Below, in pieces: positions 18,998-29,431 of a stretch of 64,000 bases of DNA (its first letter is position 1; every line of letters starts with the position of its first letter). This DNA comes from an uncultured Verrucomicrobiae bacterium (GTDB lineage: Bacteria > Verrucomicrobiota > Verrucomicrobiia > Chthoniobacterales > UBA10450), in contig CAVWPA010000003.1 in assembly GCA_963756875.1 (NCBI GenBank), forward strand, positions 1,248,001 through 1,312,000, read 5' to 3'. Both the position numbers and the translations under genes were made by a program. Under the pieces are notes generated by a model that searched no databases, was not told the DNA's origin, and saw nothing but the letters and a program-made list of their open reading frames with translations.

Positions 18998-19721
18998 ATG
19001 CGCGTTTTCGTAATTACCGGCGCGGGCGTTTCCGCTGAAAGCGGGATCCCGACTTTTCGCGGCAAGGACGGTTACTGGCGGAATCTCGATCCGATGACAA
19101 CTGGCAACGCCGGAAGCGTTTGCGCGCGATCCGCAACTAGTCTGGGAATGGTACAGCGAACGCCGCGACAAAATTCGCGCGGCGAAACCGAATGCCGCGC
19201 ATCAGGCGATCGTGAGATTATCGACTCTCGCGCGCGAGTTCCTGCTTTTGACGCAGAACGTTGATGATCTGCACGCGCGCGCTGGGTTCGAAGGCAAAAA
19301 GATTCCGAAAGAACAGATCGTGCAGATTCATGGCGATATTTTTGTCACTCGATGTTCGCGATGTGAATTGGAGAGGGAGGATCATGATCATGATCATGAG
19401 CAAGATCATGAGGGGGTGCCGACGTGCTCCGAGTGCGGAGGGGTGATGAGGCCGGGAGTGGTTTGGTTTGGCGAGCAATTGGATCCTAAAAAGATTGGGA
19501 GGGTGGAAACTTATCTGGGCCGGGGTCCATGTGATCTGGTGATGGTCATCGGCACGACGGCGCTTTTTGGTTACATTGTCGATTGGGCGATGCGGGCGCG
19601 CGGGAAACATGGCGAGCTCATTGAAGTAAATCCGAGCGAGACACCGATATCGTCGTTCGCGACGCGACTGGTGCGCGAACCTGCGGCAGTGGCGTTGCCG
19701 CGTATCGTTTCCGAATTGTAG
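18998..19721 (+). CDS. cobB: Sir2/CobB family NAD-dependent deacylase (frameshift near 19095)
   Basis: [26 protein letters not shown], two CxxC pairs and RPGVVWFGE. Confidence 0.9.
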
Positions 19722-19786
19722 GGCAAGCGCATCGCTTGTCGCTTGCCACATTCTGGTTCGGCAACCGGAGCGGTCGCCCTACAATT
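19714..19786. repeat. GTAG-type REP inverted doublet
   Basis: aattgtagggcaagcgcatcgcttg ... ggcaaccggagcggtcgccctacaatt; one arm matches the arm ending at 29929 in reverse complement. Confidence 0.8.
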
Positions 19787-20207
19787 CGCGTCGATTTGTT
19801 AATTCGCGAAAATATTCCGCGACATTCGGTTTTAAATAAAAATACCAGGCCGAAAGGCAGCCGGCGACGGTCGCGTTCACGATGGCGCGCCACATGATAA
19901 TTGGCCGAATTAGATTCAACGCGCCCATTGCGATGCCATAAACCGCGATCAGACCAAACATCGTAATTACGAGATGACGCGACCATGTTTTTTGTGTGGC
20001 GAATCCGTACGAAATGAGCGCCATCAGGATTCCAATGACAGCGACGAGCGGCGCGGCAATATGCAGCCATTCCGCACGCGTGACGCGTTCGCCGCCCATG
20101 ATCGCCGGGCCAGTTCCGGAATAGACGAGCAGGATCGAGAAATACATTCCGGCGGACGCGAGGGTGGCAAGCCAGATCAGGATTCGGATCACGAACGGTT
20201 TCTTCAT
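19779..20207 (-). CDS. Hypothetical membrane protein (about 4 TM)
   Basis: Hydrophobic segments, C-terminal YFYLKPNVAEYF. Confidence 0.7.
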   Translation of the reverse strand: MKKPFVIRILIWLATLASAGMYFSILLVYSGTGPAIMGGERVTRAEWLHIAAPLVAVIGILMALISYGFATQKTWSRHLVITMFGLIAVYGIAMGALNLIRPIIMWRAIVNATVAGCLSAWYFYLKPNVAEYFRELTNRREL

Positions 20208-20330
20208 CTCGGAATCAAGATCTCACGTGACAGAGTTTTTTACAGGGGAAAGCAGTTTGCTTTCATCCGAGCTGGACTGGCATTGCGAGACCCTGGTGCG
20301 TGAGTAGTCCCCCACGTGAACCGCGAGGCT

Positions 20331-20501
20331 CTCTGGGGAGCGCACGCGCCTCGCGTGCTAACGCGAGTCCGGCTCGGACCGATGGCGCCCTCGCCGTCGC
20401 GAACTTTCCCCCCTTTTCCGCTCGAGTCTTGCAGGTATCCCGCAGAGTTCGTTGCGGCGAGGCGCCGCAACCAGCACGCGAGGCGCGTGCGCTCCCCGGA
20501 G
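20331..20501. repeat. 171-bp MITE/REPIN-like element with 29-bp terminal inverted repeats
   Basis: ctctggggagcgcacgcgcctcgcgtgct / agcacgcgaggcgcgtgcgctccccggag (1 mismatch). Confidence 0.75.
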
Positions 20502-20675
20502 CTGAGCCGCTTTGCCTCGCTCTGTGGATGCGCTCCCTCGGGCGCCTAATCCATCACGGCGACAGCGCCTTTGCCTCGGCTACGGCGCGCCATGGACCGA
20601 CGTGGCTACAGCCGCAGCTAGGCCGACACCGCGTTCGAAATGATTACCCAGAGGATGAGGAACAGTGACATAACC

Positions 20676-21326
20676 TTACTCCTTTTGCCGGATCGATCCG
20701 GCGCCGCTGATATGTTTCTCGATGGTAGGCGGGTTGCCCGTGTAAGTGACCTTGCCCGCACCGGTGATGGAAACCTTTAAAGTCTCGGAAACCGCAACAT
20801 CGGCTTTGGCCGCGCCGCTGGTCGAAATTTGGACGGTCCTGGTTTGCAGATTGGCCGCGCTCAGTTTGCTGGCGCCGGTCGTTTCGGCCAGGAGCTCATC
20901 GACGTGCCCGTCGAGCGTCACCTTGGCCGCCCCTGTGCATTCCAAGGCGAACCTCGCACCCGTAAGCTGGCTCGCGGTCAACCGGCACGCGCCGGTGAGC
21001 TCAGCGGCGGACCGCGTCGGGCTGGAAATCACGACTTTGATGCTATCTGTCGGCCGCAGGTTATCGTGGGAACGCAGCCGCAGCCGATGATCGACGATTT
21101 TGTTGTCGATATGCTGCAGAAGATTCTCGTCGGTCGTAATGCTGAGAGCCGGCGGGCCACTGCGCCATTCGATATCAAACATGCCGTGTGCCTCAATTTC
21201 GGAGAAGTCCCCGACCGCCCGGTTGTTGGTGACAATGTGCCCGTTGCCCCGGATGCCCATCCAGTGTCCGCAACCGGTGAGAAAAAGGGCCGAAGCTGCA
21301 AGCGCTGCGATCGTGATTCTGTTCAT
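20676..21326 (-). CDS. Head GIN domain (DUF2807) lipoprotein
   Basis: LTGC lipobox, IRGNG, DENLL and repeated [TS]GA.KV beta-helix units. Confidence 0.85.
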   Translation of the reverse strand: MNRITIAALAASALFLTGCGHWMGIRGNGHIVTNNRAVGDFSEIEAHGMFDIEWRSGPPALSITTDENLLQHIDNKIVDHRLRLRSHDNLRPTDSIKVVISSPTRSAAELTGACRLTASQLTGARFALECTGAAKVTLDGHVDELLAETTGASKLSAANLQTRTVQISTSGAAKADVAVSETLKVSITGAGKVTYTGNPPTIEKHISGAGSIRQKE

Positions 21327-21479
21327 AATAACTGGTTCCTTTGATGAGATGCGTTGATTGGCGTGTTTGGATTCAATTTTTTGAGGTTTTACCGGCGTAC
21401 GACTTTGGGCTCGGCCGGAAGCCCATACCAGGAGGGGCCTTCGGGAGAGCAAAGATGCTGACCGACGGCGAATTGTGAC

Positions 21480-21971
21480 CTAGTCGCCGGTCTTCACGGC
21501 ATCTTCCCAGTGTTGCTGCCAGGCATCGAAATCAAAATCACTGTCGGGAGGAAGAATCGCCTCGACCATCTCTCCTACCTTGTCGGTGAGATCTTCTGTG
21601 ATCCTGCCTGGCACGTACAACCGGCCAATCGTCCCTTCGTCTTCACCGGTCGGGTTATCCAGCACTTGTTCGTCACGCGCCACTTTGTCGAGATCGTCAA
21701 AATATTGATCCAGGGCCTTTAAAGCTGCCGGTTTGTCCTTGTAGTAAGCTTTGACCAAATCGCGGAGCATTCCTTTGATTTGGTCGTTTAACTGGCCCGT
21801 CGCTTCGACCATGTTCGAGGTAACCCCGGTGTCCGCTTTTGAATGGAACTCCTTTTTGATTGCGGTCATTCGCTCCGGGAGCGCATTGATGAGTTGGAAA
21901 TCATCGGCAAGCGCGCTCAGGCCGGAGATTAGAAGCAACAGTGCGATCGATAGGTTCAATCTCATACGCAT
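21480..21971 (-). CDS. Secreted hypothetical protein
   Basis: Signal peptide and acidic helical body. Confidence 0.65.
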   Translation of the reverse strand: MRMRLNLSIALLLLISGLSALADDFQLINALPERMTAIKKEFHSKADTGVTSNMVEATGQLNDQIKGMLRDLVKAYYKDKPAALKALDQYFDDLDKVARDEQVLDNPTGEDEGTIGRLYVPGRITEDLTDKVGEMVEAILPPDSDFDFDAWQQHWEDAVKTGD

Positions 21972-22184
21972 ATGCTAACCGGACGAAGTCTGTTCGACGA
22001 GAACTTTGGCTTTTTGCCTTACTTCCTTTACCTGCCTCGCCGGCATCACGGCTTATGCTGGGGTTGTCGATCAAGCGGGGAGGTGCGCCAACGCACCCTT
22101 AAGCTGAGCGGTCGGCACTTTGAATGAATACCGTGGGATCGGCCACTTCGATTGCCGCGAATTCAAATCAGCGATGATTGAAAC

Positions 22185-23192
22185 CTACTTTGCGATTTTA
22201 ACCTTTACGGTCTCGGTGAGCGCGTCGTCGACGTAGAATTCCGCGCGGTAATTTCCCGGCAGCCAGCCATCTTTGGGGCGGGCCAGAGTAAAGATGCCGT
22301 GCGAGCCTGGCGTTTCGGCGACAGTAGAGGCTTCGTCGATCTGGTAGTCGGCCACGACGCCGGGAACGTTTTCCGCAATCCACACCATGCGAATATCCGC
22401 CTGTTTGCGCAGACCGCGCCCCTGCCACCGCGCATAAATGTTTGGCGTATCCGATGCAAAGATCGTGTTGAACTCTCCAATCGGGTTCTTCGATAGCCCG
22501 ACCGAGAGCTTTGGAGATTCGACTACCGGTTTCAGCCCGGGTGCAGCTGCGATTTTTGGCAATTGCTTGAGCTCCAGCGACGTTCGTTGCAACAAACCGC
22601 CCGCGGGCGCGCGGATGGTTGTCACGACTTTGACAAACCCGGTCCCGGGCACGAACCAGCGATCGATGCTGGCAGCGGTCGGCGCCGTTTGGTCGCAATG
22701 AATTCGCCATGCGCGAAATTTTCCGGCTGGTACATTCACGTTTTCCTGGCCGGTAACCTGGTATTGCTGACTTACCTTTGTATCGCCGATTTTTCCGGCG
22801 AAGCTCCAATTCGTTCCGATTTTCACCGGAGCTGCAAGCATCGTTTGCGGCGGATCGAACTTTACGATCGCGCCTTTTTCATTCATTCGCGCTGAGCAAA
22901 TCATTCCGCGCTTGTCGAACGTGATGAAGTCGGTGCTTGCAAGGGCATCGCCGCGGTACAGCTCGAGTTTCAGAAAATCTTTGCCGTCGAGCAATGCTTT
23001 GCCACCCATGCGATAGCTGACATCGAACCGACTCTTGTCAGGGCTCTCTTCCAAATCGAGCGTGGCATTGGCGGCGTTCTCCTGCGTCATCTGGTAAATC
23101 CAACTCATCCCTGCGTCTGTCGGGATCAGCGGCGCCGCCGCGAAGCAAATCAGCGGTGAGAGTGTGAACGCGACAGCGAGCGCGATTTTCAT
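22185..23192 (-). CDS. Secreted hypothetical protein (DUF3108/TapB-like N-terminal domain)
   Basis: Signal peptide and ENVNVPAGKF...WFVPGTGFVK motif. Confidence 0.65.
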   Translation of the reverse strand: MKIALAVAFTLSPLICFAAAPLIPTDAGMSWIYQMTQENAANATLDLEESPDKSRFDVSYRMGGKALLDGKDFLKLELYRGDALASTDFITFDKRGMICSARMNEKGAIVKFDPPQTMLAAPVKIGTNWSFAGKIGDTKVSQQYQVTGQENVNVPAGKFRAWRIHCDQTAPTAASIDRWFVPGTGFVKVVTTIRAPAGGLLQRTSLELKQLPKIAAAPGLKPVVESPKLSVGLSKNPIGEFNTIFASDTPNIYARWQGRGLRKQADIRMVWIAENVPGVVADYQIDEASTVAETPGSHGIFTLARPKDGWLPGNYRAEFYVDDALTETVKVKIAK

Positions 23193-23300
23193 CTTCGGTC
23201 AGACCAAAAGTTTGCCGCAAACGTTCAAAAAGCTACGGCTCGACAAGCAGCCGCCTACGCTCATGCTACGGCGCGCCAAGGGGCGGGCGACGGCCACACC

Positions 23301-24896
23301 ATGACAAATTTTACTCAGACACCCTGTGATGAGCCGATGATCCGCTTCAAAGCGCCGTCAGCACCCTGTGCCAGGGCGTCGGGCCCATGGATTCTCGCGG
23401 CTACGATTCTCGGTTCGAGCATGGCGTTTATCGACGGGACCGTTGTGAACGTGGCGCTTCCCGCGTTGCAAAAAAGTCTGAATGCCAGCGTTGTCGATGT
23501 TCAATGGGTCGTTGAAGCCTATTCGCTGTTGCTCGCCGCCTTGCTGCTCGTGGGTGGTTCGTTAGGCGATCGCTATGGTCGGCGGCGCATCTTCATTCTT
23601 GGCGTGGCACTGTTTTCTCTCGCGTCGGCCTGGTGCGGATTTGCATCCGGCATTCGCCAGCTCGTTTTCGCGCGGGCACTGCAGGGCGCAGGTGGCGCGT
23701 TGCTCGTGCCGGGTAGCCTGGCCATCATCAGCGCGTCGTTCCGCGATGAAGATCGTGGCCGGGCGATTGGCACCTGGTCCGGCTTTACTGCCATCACCGC
23801 GGCGATCGGGCCGGTCGTTGGCGGTTGGTTGATCGAAACAATTTCCTGGCGCGCAGTGTTCTTCCTCAATCTGCCTCTGGCGATCGCCGTGTTGCTGATT
23901 TGTTTTCGCTTTGTGCCGGAGAGCCGGGATGAAGGCGAAAACGCGCGTCTCGATTGGTTCGGCGCCGCGCTGATCACCGTCGGCCTTGGATCGCTGGTGT
24001 ACGGTTTGATTGAATCGTCACAACTCGGCTTTGGTCATTCGACCGTACTGGCGACGCTAATCGCCGGGTCCATGGTGCTGATCGTGTTCCTGTTTGTTGA
24101 AACGCGCGTCCACAATCCCATGTTGCCACTCGAACTATTTCGCTCGCGTGACTTTTTCGGCGCGAATTTGCTGACACTGCTTCTTTACGGCGCACTGGGT
24201 GGAACGTTTTTTTTCCTGCCATTGAATTTGATTCAGGTGCAAGGCTACACGGCGACAGCTGCTGGAGCGGCGTTACTCCCGTTTATCCTGCTCATGTTTT
24301 TCCTTTCTCGCTGGTCGGGCGGCCTGGTGGATCGATATGGCGCGAAGCGTCCACTGATCATCGGTCCGATCGTCGCTGCCGTCGGATTCGCTCTTTTTGC
24401 TGTGCCGGGAGTGGGAGCCGGCTACTGGACGAAATTTTTTCCGGCAACGGTCGTGCTCGGCCTGGGCATGGCCGTGAGCGTCGCTCCGCTCACCACCGCA
24501 GTCATGAACGCCGTTCCCGAAAATCGTGTCGGGATCGCCTCCGGAATTAACAATGCGGTGTCGCGCGCCGCGGGGCTGCTTGCGATCGCCGTGCTTGGTA
24601 TTGTGATGCTTGATGCGTTCAATCGCTCGCTCGATCGAAGTTTGTCTTCCGTAACATTGCCGGCCGCGTTGCGACAATCGGTGGAGGACCAACAGATCAA
24701 GTTGGCGGCGATCGAGCTTCCGAAAGATGTTGCGCCGGCGCAGCGCGAAGTGGTGAGGCAGGCGATCGACAAATCCTTCGTGGCCGGCTTTCGCCGCGTC
24801 ATGTTGATTGGCTCTGCACTCGCCTTAGCGAGCGGAATTGCGTCGTTAACATTTATCGGTGGTCGCAATCGCGCTTCACGATTTCGACAAACCTAA
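23301..24896 (+). CDS. DHA2 family MFS efflux transporter
   Basis: DGTVVNVALP, GGSLGDRYGRR and RALQGAG motifs; about 14 TM segments. Confidence 0.92.
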   Translation: MTNFTQTPCDEPMIRFKAPSAPCARASGPWILAATILGSSMAFIDGTVVNVALPALQKSLNASVVDVQWVVEAYSLLLAALLLVGGSLGDRYGRRRIFILGVALFSLASAWCGFASGIRQLVFARALQGAGGALLVPGSLAIISASFRDEDRGRAIGTWSGFTAITAAIGPVVGGWLIETISWRAVFFLNLPLAIAVLLICFRFVPESRDEGENARLDWFGAALITVGLGSLVYGLIESSQLGFGHSTVLATLIAGSMVLIVFLFVETRVHNPMLPLELFRSRDFFGANLLTLLLYGALGGTFFFLPLNLIQVQGYTATAAGAALLPFILLMFFLSRWSGGLVDRYGAKRPLIIGPIVAAVGFALFAVPGVGAGYWTKFFPATVVLGLGMAVSVAPLTTAVMNAVPENRVGIASGINNAVSRAAGLLAIAVLGIVMLDAFNRSLDRSLSSVTLPAALRQSVEDQQIKLAAIELPKDVAPAQREVVRQAIDKSFVAGFRRVMLIGSALALASGIASLTFIGGRNRASRFRQT

Positions 24897-24902
24897 AATT
24901 CC

Positions 24903-26609
24903 ATGCAACTTCCGCGCATGCCCAAAGCGTGTATCGCGACTCTGTCGCCGCTCCTTCTGGTGTGTTCGATACATTGCTGTCTGGCGACGGGGCCGGCGGT
25001 AGATCGGCATATTGTCATCGTGGCGTGGGATGGAATGCGTCCCGATTTTGTCAGCGAAGAGAATACGCCCACGCTTTGGAAGCTTGCGAGGGAAGGGGTC
25101 ATGTTTCGTAACCATCACGCGGTCTACTTGAGCGCGACCAATGTGAACGGCACGGCGATCGCGACCGGAGTTTACCCGGATCACAGCGGCATCATCGCCA
25201 ATCACGAATATCGCCCCGGGATCGACAGCAAGAAGCCGGTCGATATCGAAGCTGCGCCGGTCGTAACGAAGGGCGACAAAATTTCGAATGGAGAGTATAT
25301 CGCGGCACCGACGGTCTCAGAGCTGGTGCAGAAATCCGGCGGCCGCACCGTGATTGCTGCCAGCAAAACGGTCGGGCTCCTCGAAGATCGGGATGTGGAT
25401 GCTGGCAACGAACCACCCTCACCCGGCGCTTCGCGCTTGCCGAGCCGTAGGTCGCCGCGGCGACCGAAGGCTGGTCCTCCTCTCCCTCAGGGAGAGGGTA
25501 GGGTGAGGGTTCCGGACCGTGGCCAGACTAAAGGTTGCGTCACGTTATTTGCCGGCGTGGCTAAACCCGACGGCGCCCTTGCGCCAATTATTGCCGCGCG
25601 CGGCCCGTTTCCCGCCTCCTTTTTGCAGAGGGACTATTGGACAACGAAGGCTCTGACCGACGTGCTATGGAAGAATGGCGTCCCGGAATTTTCGCTTCTT
25701 TGGCTGGGTGAACCCGACCTGACGCAGCACGAGACCGCGCCGGGGGCGCCGGCGGCGCTAGATGCGATTAAATCCTCCGATTCAAACCTGGGGATCGTTT
25801 TGGCTGCGCTCGATCGAGAACATGCGCGCGAAACGACAGATGTGTTCGTCGTTTCCGATCATGGCTTTTCGACAATCTCACGGGAAGTGAATTTGCCGAA
25901 AATACTGGCTGCCGCGGGATTCGATGTCAGAACAGAATTCAAATCCAAGCCGAAACCGGGCGAAATCATGATGGTCGGTGGCGGCGGCAGTGTCCTTTTT
26001 TATGTGACAGGAAATGAACCGGCGGTAATTCGCCGCCTCGTTGAGTTTCTTCAGCAATCCGATTACGCGGGCGTGATTTTCACGAAGAGCGCGATGCCGG
26101 GAACGTTCACGCTCGAGCAGGCGAAGATCGACAGTAAAGACGCGCCGGATGTGGTGATGTCGTTTCGCTGGAAAGGCGCGCTAAATCAGTTTGGCGTTCC
26201 GGGAATGATCGATGCCGACTGGCAGCGCGCGGCGGGGAAGGGGACGCACGCCACGCTAAGCCGATTTGACATGCACAACACGTTGATCGCAGCCGGCCCG
26301 GATTTTCGCCGCGGCGCGATGGACGATTTGCCGACCGGAAACGTCGATCTGGCGCCGACGATCCTCAAGATTCTTGAAATCCAAAACCCTCATCCGATGG
26401 ATGGCCGTGTTTTGTCAGAAGCGATGGTTGGGACAGATAAGGCAACGCCGGAATCGCAAACGACCACGATCGAAGCGACGAAAGAATTTCCATCGGTAAC
26501 CTGGCGTCAGACACTCCAGATCTCGCGTGTTGGATCCACGATCTATCTTGACGAAGGGAATGGCGAACCGCTTCCGGTCGAGAGAGTGGCGGCTGCGTCG
26601 CGTGATTGA
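24903..26609 (+). CDS. Alkaline phosphatase superfamily (nucleotide pyrophosphatase/phosphodiesterase) protein
   Basis: WDGMRPD, ATG.YP..SGI, EPDLTQH, SDHGF, GTH and NVDLAPT motifs. Confidence 0.88.
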   Translation: MQLPRMPKACIATLSPLLLVCSIHCCLATGPAVDRHIVIVAWDGMRPDFVSEENTPTLWKLAREGVMFRNHHAVYLSATNVNGTAIATGVYPDHSGIIANHEYRPGIDSKKPVDIEAAPVVTKGDKISNGEYIAAPTVSELVQKSGGRTVIAASKTVGLLEDRDVDAGNEPPSPGASRLPSRRSPRRPKAGPPLPQGEGRVRVPDRGQTKGCVTLFAGVAKPDGALAPIIAARGPFPASFLQRDYWTTKALTDVLWKNGVPEFSLLWLGEPDLTQHETAPGAPAALDAIKSSDSNLGIVLAALDREHARETTDVFVVSDHGFSTISREVNLPKILAAAGFDVRTEFKSKPKPGEIMMVGGGGSVLFYVTGNEPAVIRRLVEFLQQSDYAGVIFTKSAMPGTFTLEQAKIDSKDAPDVVMSFRWKGALNQFGVPGMIDADWQRAAGKGTHATLSRFDMHNTLIAAGPDFRRGAMDDLPTGNVDLAPTILKILEIQNPHPMDGRVLSEAMVGTDKATPESQTTTIEATKEFPSVTWRQTLQISRVGSTIYLDEGNGEPLPVERVAAASRD

Positions 26610-26698
26610 CGGTTCAATTACGGAAATTATAACGGCAGGCTACTCGCTTGGGGATGAAATAGCTTGACCCTTTTGCCGATTTCGCTGAAAAGGGCGCA

Positions 26699-27472
26699 AT
26701 GAAACAGCTGTCTGGCCTAACCATCGCTTTGTTTGCTTGTATCGGACTGGCAATTACCGCCGTGGCCGGTCCTGAGGCGCTCCCGAGCGGCAAGGAAATG
26801 AAGGAAGTGGCCCCGTTGCCGCCGCCGCCGTCCTGTTGCAATTGGACAGGCTTTTATCTCGGTCTGCACGCCGGCGGTCAGTTTGGTCACAGCGAGGACA
26901 AAGATCTCGATTATTGGGATTATCCGGATCAGCCGTGGGGCTATAGCGAATCGGGTTTTGTAGGAGGCGGACAAGCCGGCTACAACTTTCAGTGGCGCTG
27001 GCTCGTTCTCGGACCCGAGTTTGATGCCGGCTACATGAACCTGAATGGACGCGGCTTGCAAAAAGGCACACCAAGCCTGATACAGACTCCCGACTACGGA
27101 TCGAGCGATAGCGATTTTTATACGACGTTTCGCGGACGCATCGGTGTTGCCTACGACTGCTGGTTGTTCTATGGCACGGCCGGCGGCATTGGCGTGAATT
27201 ACGAAACCCGGGATACCCAGTCATACCCTGCCATGGTTCCCAGCGGCACCTTTGATTTTGACGCCAACAAACAAGCTTTTGACTGGGGCTATACCGTTGG
27301 CGGAGGGATCGAACGCAAAATCGGCTGCCACTGGTCACTGAAGGTCGAATATCTTTATTTTGCTTTGGGTACTCAAAGATTCAGCGGTCTTGACGATCGA
27401 GAAAGTCGATATCGTTTCGACGCTGAAACCGCAGGGCATATCGTGCGAGGCGGTTTGAACTACCACTTCTAA
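26699..27472 (+). CDS. Outer membrane beta-barrel protein (Omp25/Omp31-like), copy 1
   Basis: Signal peptide, NWTGFYLG, GGQAGYNFQ, WSLKVEYLY and terminal GLNYHF. Confidence 0.88.
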   Translation: MKQLSGLTIALFACIGLAITAVAGPEALPSGKEMKEVAPLPPPPSCCNWTGFYLGLHAGGQFGHSEDKDLDYWDYPDQPWGYSESGFVGGGQAGYNFQWRWLVLGPEFDAGYMNLNGRGLQKGTPSLIQTPDYGSSDSDFYTTFRGRIGVAYDCWLFYGTAGGIGVNYETRDTQSYPAMVPSGTFDFDANKQAFDWGYTVGGGIERKIGCHWSLKVEYLYFALGTQRFSGLDDRESRYRFDAETAGHIVRGGLNYHF

Positions 27473-27633
27473 ACGCACCACACTCGAAAAGAGCTTGGGA
27501 CTTTCTCCGCCGAGGTTGGGTTTACCTGGCCTCGGTGGATTAGCGTACGGGCGTTCTGTCGATGGCTTACTTTGGAGAAAGGGCGTTGATTTGGCGCTTG
27601 ACGAGTCCGCCCTTTTTTAAGAGGAAGCTATTT

Positions 27634-28437
27634 ATGAAGTCCTTAACTCGCCTAACCATCGCAATTTTCGCGAGCGCCTTGCTCGCGCTCACGGCTGTCG
27701 CCGGGACTGAGTCGCTCCCGAGTGGCAAGGAAATGAAGGAGGTGGCGCCGCTTCCGCCTCCGCCACTTTGCGACTGGGCAGGCTTTTACATTGGTGTCCA
27801 CGGTGGCGGCCAGTTCGGCCACAGCGAGACAAACGATTTGGATGAGTATTATTTCTTTGCTCACCATCACTTCGGTTACAGCGAGTCCGGCTTCATCGGC
27901 GGCGGCCAGGCCGGCTACAATTTTCAGTTCCGCAAAATTGTTTTTGGGCCGGAATTCGACCTTGGATACATGAACCTCGACGGCAGCGGCGACGAGCCAC
28001 AGCGTCAAATGTCTATCGGCACCGCGAGTGGAGAAACCGACAGTGATTTTTATGTCACCTTGAGAGGACGCGTCGGATACGCCCTGGATTGGCACGGGTG
28101 CTGGCTGCTTTACGCGACCGGCGGCGCAATTGGAGTCAATTACCACACCCGGTTCGTTGCCGAGCAACTAGGCATGGTCAACGGAACCGACGCATCGAAC
28201 AAGGAGTTTAATTGGGGTCCCACCGTTGGCGGCGGCATTGAGCGCCAGATTGGCCGGCGCTGGTCGATCAAGATTGAGTATCTTTATTTCACTCTCGGCG
28301 AACAGTCATTCAGCGGCGCCGAGGAACGGTTGCGGGTTCCCAACGCCGCCCTGCGACTTCCTTTGAGCGAAGTATATCGATTTGAAGGTGAAACCGCCGG
28401 CCACATCGTGCGCGCCGGCTTGAATTTCCATTTCTAA
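27634..28437 (+). CDS. Outer membrane beta-barrel protein, copy 2
   Basis: Paralogue of copy 1; terminal GLNFHF. Confidence 0.88.
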   Translation: MKSLTRLTIAIFASALLALTAVAGTESLPSGKEMKEVAPLPPPPLCDWAGFYIGVHGGGQFGHSETNDLDEYYFFAHHHFGYSESGFIGGGQAGYNFQFRKIVFGPEFDLGYMNLDGSGDEPQRQMSIGTASGETDSDFYVTLRGRVGYALDWHGCWLLYATGGAIGVNYHTRFVAEQLGMVNGTDASNKEFNWGPTVGGGIERQIGRRWSIKIEYLYFTLGEQSFSGAEERLRVPNAALRLPLSEVYRFEGETAGHIVRAGLNFHF

Positions 28438-28555
28438 ATTAGACTTGGCAACGCGTTGAGGACAACGTGTTCCGCTTTGTTAACGGCCCGGTGGTCGAGC
28501 GCGATTTAGTGAGAACGCACTTGACGAGCCTGCATTTCTCATCCAAAACGAGCCC

Positions 28556-29335
28556 ATGAAACAGCTGTCCATTTTTGCCGTAGCCTTTTTAACTTGTTGC
28601 CTGCTGGCGCTCACCGTGGTCGCCGGGCCTGAGCCGCTTCCCAGCGGCAAGGAAATGAAGGAAGTCGTGCCACCGCCGCCTGAGTGCAATTGGACGGGCT
28701 TTTATCTTGGCTTAAACGCAGGCGGTCAGTTTGGTCATAGTGAAAATACCGACCTGGATGGATACAACACGGCCCCGGGACGTTCCTGGGGATATAGTGA
28801 ATCGGGCTTTAGCGGCGGCGCGCAAGTCGGTTACAACTGGCAATGGCGCTGGCTTGTTCTTGGGCCTGAGTTCGATGGCGGCTACATGAATTTGCATGGG
28901 AGCGGTCTCCAGACTGGTTCTCCTGGTGACACGCATGGAGAAAGCGACAGCGATCTTTTTACTACCTTGCGCGGGCGCATAGGTGTGGCGGTCGGCTGGC
29001 ATGGCCCGTGGTTACTCTATGCGACTGGTGGCGCCATTGGCGTTCACTATACGACCAGAGTGATCGACAACATCGCAATCAGTCCCCCGACCTCGGCCCT
29101 CGAAGATGGCCGGACGACAGATTTTAACTGGGGCTATACTGTTGGCGGCGGCATTGAAAGAAGGTTGGGCTGTCATTGGTCGCTCAAGTTGGAATATCTC
29201 TATTATAGTTTGGGCGATCAATCATTCACCGGACATGAAGCAGACGTCTTCTTCCATGAGGGGACCTTTACCACCGATTGGAGTGGCGAAACAACTGGTC
29301 ACATGGTCCGCGCCGGTTTGAATTTCCATTTCTAG
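28556..29335 (+). CDS. Outer membrane beta-barrel protein, copy 3
   Basis: Paralogue of copy 1; terminal GLNFHF. Confidence 0.88.
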   Translation: MKQLSIFAVAFLTCCLLALTVVAGPEPLPSGKEMKEVVPPPPECNWTGFYLGLNAGGQFGHSENTDLDGYNTAPGRSWGYSESGFSGGAQVGYNWQWRWLVLGPEFDGGYMNLHGSGLQTGSPGDTHGESDSDLFTTLRGRIGVAVGWHGPWLLYATGGAIGVHYTTRVIDNIAISPPTSALEDGRTTDFNWGYTVGGGIERRLGCHWSLKLEYLYYSLGDQSFTGHEADVFFHEGTFTTDWSGETTGHMVRAGLNFHF

Positions 29336-29431
29336 GCGGGTCACGCGCCAGGATCTATTCCAGCGAAGTCGGGCCGGTGACCTGGTTCCGCTGGATTGAC
29401 GTACGGGCGATCTTTCTCTAGCCTCATAGGC

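Noticed and set aside
18998..19721. Sir2 as an anti-phage effector belonging to the element
   Set aside because: It lies outside the att repeat and has the housekeeping CobB architecture with zinc-binding CxxC pairs.
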